From an uncultured archaeon (GTDB taxonomy: Archaea; Altiarchaeota; Altiarchaeia; IMC4; SCGC-AAA252-I15), in NCBI GenBank assembly GCA_964587725.1, contig CAZPLO010000034.1:1-11332 (forward strand): a stretch of DNA of 11,332 nt, read 5' to 3'. The translations under genes and the position numbers were made by a program. Every line of letters starts with the position of its first letter. Position 1 is the stretch's first letter. Shown here one piece after another: positions 5,777-11,332 of this stretch. A model generated the notes under the pieces. It had not been told where the DNA came from, searched no databases, and saw nothing but the letters and a program-made list of their open reading frames with translations.

Positions 5777-7476
5777 GGGGTTGGGTGTTCACTGCATCCG
5801 CCTACCTTTTTCTGGCTTTAGTTTTCACCCACCCCCTCATCCTGAACTTCTCAACCCAGGTCCCCGGAGGCGAGGACGTGGGATTGAGCCTGTGGCAGCT
5901 TTGGTGGTTTAACAAGGCGGTTGGCGGCTGGATGAACCCCTATTGGACGGACCGGATATTCTATCCCGGCGGGGTGAACATGGTGTTTTTCATGCCCTCC
6001 GTGCTGAACCTGGCGGCAGGCACGCTACTGCAGGTTTTTCTCAGCACGGTAGAGGCATACAATACCATCGTGCTGGCGTCGGTGGTTTTGTCCGGATATG
6101 GTATGTACCTGCTGGCCAGGCACCTCACCGGCGACAATAAAGCATCCTTTGTCGCCGGGTTGATTTACGGGTTCAGCCACTACCACATCGGCGAGGTAAT
6201 GCTGGGACACCTCCACACCATGAGTGTGCAGTGGCTTCCATTCTACGTGTTGTTCATGCTGAAGAATTCAATGTGGTCTGCCGTTTTCCTGGCGTTGACC
6301 GCCTACTCCAGCCCCACATACTACGGGTTCGCCCTGATGCTCGCAGCACTCTATCTGACATACCGCCGGTGGAGGACGGGGGAGACCGAATGGACGATAG
6401 TGAAGTCCGCGATCGTTTCACTCGTACTCACCACCCCCATAGCATACCTGATGTTTTCTGAGATGCTGGCTTCAGAGTACATGAACAAAGGCTCTGCCGC
6501 AGACATATATTCCCTAGACCTCCTGGAGGCTCCCGGATTCATAGGCTACGCGGCACTCCTCCTATTCCTACTCCACCTACGGGATGAAGGCGTCTTCAAA
6601 TGGGTGGGCGAGAAGGCTGGGGAGGCTAAGGCGCTCCTGTCAAACCCACGCATACTTGCGTGGACCGTCTCAGCCCCCACCGTATTCTACTTCATCCAGC
6701 CGGTGCGCGACCCCGTGTTGTACGCAGCAGCCATGGCCTCCACCCTGGCACTGATAACCTTGGCCCGACTCACATTAGACGGGGTTCTGGGGTTCTGGAG
6801 TATAGCGTTTTTCGCGTTCACGCTGCTGTCGTTCGGCCCCCTCCTCCGGATCGGCGGCCAGCCCGTGTTCATACTCCCATACATATTCCTCCAACACACA
6901 CCACCATTCACCATATTCAGGACGCCGGTGCGTTTCACCGTGTTGTCCATGCTGGCTCTGTCGGCTGCGGCGGCCTCCGTGCTCAAGAAACTCGACCACA
7001 GAATGCTGCTGGCGGTGGTCGCAGTCGTGCTGCTGGAATACTACCCTGCCATGGAGTTCTCCCGCGCTACCGCACCCGGCATATACGACGGCGTCGGCGG
7101 CGTGGTAGTGAACGTTCCCGTGGGGCCGGCGGAAGTCCTCAGGGAAGGCACCGTCTACACAGTATACTACCCCCTGGCACTGTATTACGCGGCCGTTTCA
7201 GACGCTAAAACTGTCGACGGCTACGGAACCCGGGTGCCGGAATGGACGCTCCAGCAGATGAGGGATAACCCGTTCATAGCGGATGTCATGCACTACCGGA
7301 ACTCGACCCCAGAGGAGATGTGCGAGTCCCTCCGCGGCGTAGACCACGTCATAGTCTGGTGGAGTGAATACGACATCCTCTTCGGCGGGACGGCGGAGCT
7401 GAAGGGTAAGATGGAAGGCCTCTGGTGCCTGGAAGCCGGTGAGGAAGACGGAGCCACCGTTTACTCCGTCGTTTAA
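5773..7476 (+). CDS. YfhO-like GT-C-fold membrane glycosyltransferase, 567 aa
   Basis: PGGEDVGLSLWQLWW, FYPGG, AYN, GHLH, LSFGP and FRTPVRF motifs are typical of YfhO-related membrane proteins. ATGA overlap with the upstream gene suggests translational coupling. Confidence 0.75.
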   Translation: MRGWVFTASAYLFLALVFTHPLILNFSTQVPGGEDVGLSLWQLWWFNKAVGGWMNPYWTDRIFYPGGVNMVFFMPSVLNLAAGTLLQVFLSTVEAYNTIVLASVVLSGYGMYLLARHLTGDNKASFVAGLIYGFSHYHIGEVMLGHLHTMSVQWLPFYVLFMLKNSMWSAVFLALTAYSSPTYYGFALMLAALYLTYRRWRTGETEWTIVKSAIVSLVLTTPIAYLMFSEMLASEYMNKGSAADIYSLDLLEAPGFIGYAALLLFLLHLRDEGVFKWVGEKAGEAKALLSNPRILAWTVSAPTVFYFIQPVRDPVLYAAAMASTLALITLARLTLDGVLGFWSIAFFAFTLLSFGPLLRIGGQPVFILPYIFLQHTPPFTIFRTPVRFTVLSMLALSAAAASVLKKLDHRMLLAVVAVVLLEYYPAMEFSRATAPGIYDGVGGVVVNVPVGPAEVLREGTVYTVYYPLALYYAAVSDAKTVDGYGTRVPEWTLQQMRDNPFIADVMHYRNSTPEEMCESLRGVDHVIVWWSEYDILFGGTAELKGKMEGLWCLEAGEEDGATVYSVV

Positions 7477-7508
7477 CCGTTATATTCGGCGGTGATTCAA
7501 TCTATAAC

Positions 7509-9383
7509 ATGAGGCGGCTTGTAGCAGACGGTGTGGATGCTGCAGCCTACGCCTACGTGCTCGCCGCATTCGTATTCCTCACCGCAAACCTTTCGCCCGG
7601 CCTGCACGTGACGGACGAGGGAGTCTACCTGCTGATGGCAGATTCGATGGCGGACGGCGGAGCCCTCACATTCTGGAACGGACCGGGAGACAGCGTGGAG
7701 TACGAATTCACGGAGGTGGTCCATCTCGTGGACGGGCGAATCGCGCCGCAGTACCCTCCTCTGTACAGTCTCCTCGCAGTGCCGTTCTATCCCCTCAGCA
7801 CATACGGTCTAATAGCGCTCAATTCACTGGCGTTCTGCGGCACCATACTGCTCATATACCACATATCCGACACCCTCTTCTCCGACAAGCTATTGTCTCT
7901 GGCGGCGGGCATCCTGTATTCGGCGTTCACATACGCACCACGATACGCCCTGGGCCTCTGGCCACATTCACTCGTTGTGTTCCTAGTAGCAGCTTCTGTC
8001 TACGCCGCGTTGAAGGGTGTGGGCGGCGACGCTAGATACCTCGCCGCCGCAGGATTTTTGTCGGCCTATGCGGCAGGCGTCAGATACCCTGCAGCAGTGT
8101 ACGGGCTGGTCCTGCTCCTCTATGTAGCGGCCGAGGCCAAGGCTAAGGCGGCGTACTATGTCGTGGGGGGGGCGGCGCCTCTGCTCGCGATGGTCGCCAT
8201 GAACTACGCCGCACACGGAAGCATTCTCCCCTGGTACAGGAACCTCACGGGGGATTTCGGGTTTTTCAGCCACTACCAGGTTTTCACGCTGGGTTTCATC
8301 CTGCTCGCCGGACCGTACCTCGCATGGAGGCTTGGACGCGGCGACGGACTGAAGGTTTCCGCGGCGACAGCGGCAGCATCCGCTGCAGCCATGTACTTCC
8401 TCGACCCCAGTTTCATGTCGCATATGGTAACGTCGCTGCAGGTTATGTTCGCGGAGGTTGTGGACATGGGTTTTTTCCCCGCCGCCGCAGTTCCGGAGGC
8501 TAAGAAGTCACTACTGCAGGCGGCTCCGATGCTGGCGCTGGCCGCAGCCGGCCTCATAGCAGTCAGGAGAAACAGGAAAACATACTACCTACTGCTGATG
8601 CTAGCCCTCTCATCCATCCTCTTCTACAGCATGCGCGTGCACCAGCACGGAGGCAACACACCGTATATGAGGTATTTCCTGGAGTCCCTGCCATACCTGA
8701 GTCTGCTATCTGCCTACGCCGTCCGCCGCCTGTACGGGAGACCAGGTCACGGGTGGAGCATTCTGCTGTTCGGCTCCTTACTCGCCTTCATAATCCTGTT
8801 CTACGTACCTTTATTGGCGTCTCAGGGCCGCTTCCTAGTGCACAGCAGCGTCTACGGGCTTGTTTTCCCACTGACCCTCTCAGCCGCGCTGCTGGTGGCG
8901 TACCCTCTGGTGGAGAGGGGAATCAGATACGCAGGTATCCTGTTCACTATACTGCTCCTCATAACAGCATCGTACACTGTAGTCAATAACATCATATCGG
9001 TCACTGCTGCAAAGAGCGGCAGAGGATACACCGCCGGCATCGCGGAAGAACTCGGCTTCATAGAGGAGGGTTCGACTGTAGTGTACTTCGGCGACTTCAA
9101 CATCCTGTACCTGGCGCCGGTGAAGGCAGACAGGGAGGTGGTGCTGGTGAACGCCGCCCGGGACGGGATGCGGGACACCGTGGATGTTATCGGACGGCGG
9201 CTCCACTCCGGCCCCGTGTATGTGGTGGAGGGGCTGCGGGAAAACTACGCCATTGAGACCACAGGATTCAACAACGGAACCTGGGAGGACTTCGTCGACG
9301 GAAACATAACAGAAGCCTTCCAGGCGTCGTATGTGTGGACGGACGGCCTGGTTCTGCTGAGGCTTAATAATAGACCGTCCTAA
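7509..9383 (+). CDS. GT-C-fold membrane glycosyltransferase (ArnT/PMT-like), 624 aa; paralog of 3926-5776
   Basis: HVTDEGVYLLMA, YPPLYSLL, GLWPHSLVVF, GVRY, KKSLLQAAP and RYFLESLPYL motifs are collinear with the 616-aa protein. TTATATT lies about 25 nt upstream. Confidence 0.85.
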   Translation: MRRLVADGVDAAAYAYVLAAFVFLTANLSPGLHVTDEGVYLLMADSMADGGALTFWNGPGDSVEYEFTEVVHLVDGRIAPQYPPLYSLLAVPFYPLSTYGLIALNSLAFCGTILLIYHISDTLFSDKLLSLAAGILYSAFTYAPRYALGLWPHSLVVFLVAASVYAALKGVGGDARYLAAAGFLSAYAAGVRYPAAVYGLVLLLYVAAEAKAKAAYYVVGGAAPLLAMVAMNYAAHGSILPWYRNLTGDFGFFSHYQVFTLGFILLAGPYLAWRLGRGDGLKVSAATAAASAAAMYFLDPSFMSHMVTSLQVMFAEVVDMGFFPAAAVPEAKKSLLQAAPMLALAAAGLIAVRRNRKTYYLLLMLALSSILFYSMRVHQHGGNTPYMRYFLESLPYLSLLSAYAVRRLYGRPGHGWSILLFGSLLAFIILFYVPLLASQGRFLVHSSVYGLVFPLTLSAALLVAYPLVERGIRYAGILFTILLLITASYTVVNNIISVTAAKSGRGYTAGIAEELGFIEEGSTVVYFGDFNILYLAPVKADREVVLVNAARDGMRDTVDVIGRRLHSGPVYVVEGLRENYAIETTGFNNGTWEDFVDGNITEAFQASYVWTDGLVLLRLNNRPS

Positions 9384-9392
9384 TAGTAGACC

Positions 9393-10199
9393 ATGAGGAG
9401 GCCGGATTTGACGCCGACGACCATGGAATTGGAGGTCGGCTACGTCAACAGGCTCCTGGGCACCGGATTCACCGGGGACGAGGTGAAGTCTATGCTGGAG
9501 AGGATGCGCTACGGCGTCGAATCAGCCGGCGAAAAACTCAGGGTTGAGGTGCCAGCGTACAGGAGCGACATACTCCACCCGATAGACTTGGTGGAGGATG
9601 TTGCCATAGCCTACGGGTACATGGAATTCGAACCCGATGTGCCGGCCCTGTACACGCTGGGTAAGCCGGACCCCCTGGAAGGCTACTGCGGGGAGGCGAG
9701 GGACGTGTTAACCGGCCTCGGCTTCATGGAGGTGATGACGCTCACGCTGACCAGCCGCCGCGATTTATTCGAACGGATGAACGCCCCCGAAGAAGATGCC
9801 GTGGAGGCCGTGAAACCCGTTAGTTCCGAGCAGAGCGTTGCGCGGACGTGGCTGCTCCCGTCGCTGATGGCGGTGTTGGAGAAGAACAGGAACAGGGAGT
9901 ACCCGCAGCGGGTGTTCGAAGTCGGCGACGTGATAACCGGGGAGGGGAAGACCGTCCGGAAGGCCGCCGGCGTCATAGCCCACGGCCGCACAAACTACAG
10001 CGAAGTGAAGGCCGCGGTATTGGGGCTGCTGAACGCCTTGAATCTGGAGTCCGACGAGGAACCATACAATCACCCGTCGTTCATCGAAGGCAGGTGCAGC
10101 AGGAACAGCTATGGCTTCTACGGGGAAGTGAATCCTGAGGTGCTGGGGAACTACGGACTCGAGGTCCCAGTGACCGGATTCGAGCTCCGGCTCAAATAA
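9393..10199 (+). CDS. pheT: Phenylalanine--tRNA ligase beta subunit, C-terminal half only (B5 plus catalytic-like core), 268 aa
   Basis: B5 signature VPAYRSDILHPIDLVEDVAIAYGY, then RTWLLPSLM, YPQRVFEVGDV, HPSFIEGR and GEVNPEVL..FEL (archaeal-type end without B8). It starts at RPDLTP, the usual B3/4-B5 linker. Confidence 0.9.
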   Translation: MRRPDLTPTTMELEVGYVNRLLGTGFTGDEVKSMLERMRYGVESAGEKLRVEVPAYRSDILHPIDLVEDVAIAYGYMEFEPDVPALYTLGKPDPLEGYCGEARDVLTGLGFMEVMTLTLTSRRDLFERMNAPEEDAVEAVKPVSSEQSVARTWLLPSLMAVLEKNRNREYPQRVFEVGDVITGEGKTVRKAAGVIAHGRTNYSEVKAAVLGLLNALNLESDEEPYNHPSFIEGRCSRNSYGFYGEVNPEVLGNYGLEVPVTGFELRLK

Positions 10200-10212
10200 C
10201 ATAGTCTGAAAA

Positions 10213-11301
10213 ATGGATTCTCACCAAGAATACAAGCTGAAGAGGCTCATACGGGAGCTGGACGGGAAGACCGGCAGGCACACGGAGCTGGTGTCAGTGT
10301 ATATTCCGGCGGGCTACGACGTCAACAACGTGTTGACGCAGCTAACGCAGGAGCAGGGCACGGCAAGCAACATCAAATCCAAGGCAACGCGGAAGAACGT
10401 CACCGACGCGTTGGAGCGCGCCATACAGCATCTGAAACTGTACAACAAGACCCCGGAGAACGGGCTGGTTGTGTTCAGCGGCAACGTGAGCGAACGCGAA
10501 GGCCAGTCGGACGTGCAGGTGTGGGCTCTGGAACCGCCTGAAGCGATTTCAACCCGCCTGTACAGGTGCGACAAAGAGTTCATACTCGACCCCCTGAAGG
10601 AGCTGGTCACGCCCAAGGACGTGTACGGCCTCATAGCGGTGGACAACAAGGAAGCCACCATCGCCACGTTGAAGGGCGACCACTACAACATCCTCAAGAA
10701 ACTCACCTCCGGCTACAGCGGGAAGCACCGGGCCGGCGGCCAGTCGGCGCGGCGTTTCGAACGGCTGGTGCGTGAGCAGAGCCACAACTTCAAGAAACGC
10801 ATAGGAGAAGCAGTGGATGAGGTGTTCCTGCCCATGATACAGGACATCCGGGGGCTGGTTATAGGCGGTCCCGCAGCAACAAAGGAGGACTTCATCAACG
10901 GCGACTACATGAACCACGAGGTGAAGAAGAGGATTATCGCCGTCAAAGACATCACCTACACCGACGAATCCGGGATACGCGAGCTCATTAACGCCGCGGA
11001 AGACGACCTCCGGGAGGTGGAGATGGTCCGCCAGAAGGCTTTGATGCAGCGGTTCATGAAGGAACTGATAGAAGACGGCCTCGCAGCATACGGCCCCGAC
11101 ACAGACACCGCATTGGACGCGAACGCAGTCGACACCCTCCTACTGTCTGAGAAGCTGCCCGAGGAAGACATCGAAAGAGACTACGAGAAGGCCCGAGCCG
11201 CCGGCACAGCCGTGGAGATAATGTCTGACGAATTCGAGGAAGGCTATCAGCTCTGGAACACCTTCAAAGGCAGGGCGGCGATACTGCGGTACAGGATTTG
11301 A
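10213..11301 (+). CDS. prf1: Archaeal peptide chain release factor aRF1, 362 aa
   Basis: TASNIKS, YRCDKEF (YxCxxxF) and GGQSARRF motifs; C-terminal AAILRY. Confidence 0.97.
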   Translation: MDSHQEYKLKRLIRELDGKTGRHTELVSVYIPAGYDVNNVLTQLTQEQGTASNIKSKATRKNVTDALERAIQHLKLYNKTPENGLVVFSGNVSEREGQSDVQVWALEPPEAISTRLYRCDKEFILDPLKELVTPKDVYGLIAVDNKEATIATLKGDHYNILKKLTSGYSGKHRAGGQSARRFERLVREQSHNFKKRIGEAVDEVFLPMIQDIRGLVIGGPAATKEDFINGDYMNHEVKKRIIAVKDITYTDESGIRELINAAEDDLREVEMVRQKALMQRFMKELIEDGLAAYGPDTDTALDANAVDTLLLSEKLPEEDIERDYEKARAAGTAVEIMSDEFEEGYQLWNTFKGRAAILRYRI

Positions 11302-11305
11302 AACA

Positions 11306-11324
11306 GTTTAAACCTTTTTTAAAC
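11306..11324 (+). terminator. T-tract terminator after prf1 and/or BRE-TATA of the next gene
   Basis: GTTTAAA-CCTTT-TTTAAAC: a T6 run (11315-11320) inside a 7-bp AT-rich inverted repeat, just after the stop codon. The function is ambiguous at the window edge. Confidence 0.4.
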
Positions 11325-11332
11325 AATATAAA

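Noticed and set aside
2437-9206. Numerous alternative-frame and antisense ORFs within the GT-C genes (e.g. 2465-3211, 3090-3803, 3913-4563, 6660-7208)
   Set aside because: They lie fully inside well-supported genes, have low-complexity Arg/Gly/Gln-rich composition, and are expected in GC-rich coding DNA.
7509-10199. Read-through GT-C-PheT fusion, or a frameshifted pheT N-terminus hidden upstream
   Set aside because: Three consecutive stops separate the ORFs. The upstream DNA is a coherent GT-C gene collinear with its paralog, and no B3/4-like peptide appears in the ORF track.
1-11332. CRISPR array, rRNA/tRNA genes, IS elements, integrase
   Set aside because: No regularly spaced repeats, structural RNA signatures, terminal inverted repeats or recombinase motifs were seen. 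The window is almost fully occupied by protein-coding genes.

Overview
Archaeal chromosomal window. The archaeal call rests on an aRF1/eRF1-type release factor, an archaeal-type PheRS beta C-terminus, TATA-like elements about 25-30 nt upstream of start codons and a GAGGTGA ribosome-binding site. A DPANN/Altiarchaeota-like origin is an inference. Three blocks are visible. (1) 1-2105, minus strand: a ribbon-helix-helix regulator, then a TrbC/VirB2-like pilin with a strong RBS and a hairpin/U-tract terminator, then a >418-aa polytopic VirB6/TrbL-like membrane protein. That protein is missing from the ORF track, runs off the left edge and carries an internal copy of the pilin's DPGxRxxAK hairpin motif. 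This looks like a type IV secretion/Ced-like pilus locus with no mobile-element genes in view. (2) 2170-9383: an unannotated 39-aa single-TM ORF and four GT-C-fold membrane glycosyltransferases (three ArnT/PMT-like, two of them clear paralogs, and one YfhO-like). (3) 9393-11301: a 268-aa PheT containing only the B5 and core domains, with no B1 or B3/4 editing domain, followed by a compact 362-aa aRF1. No rRNA, tRNA, CRISPR, transposase or integrase was seen. All family calls come from reading motifs by eye, not from database searches.
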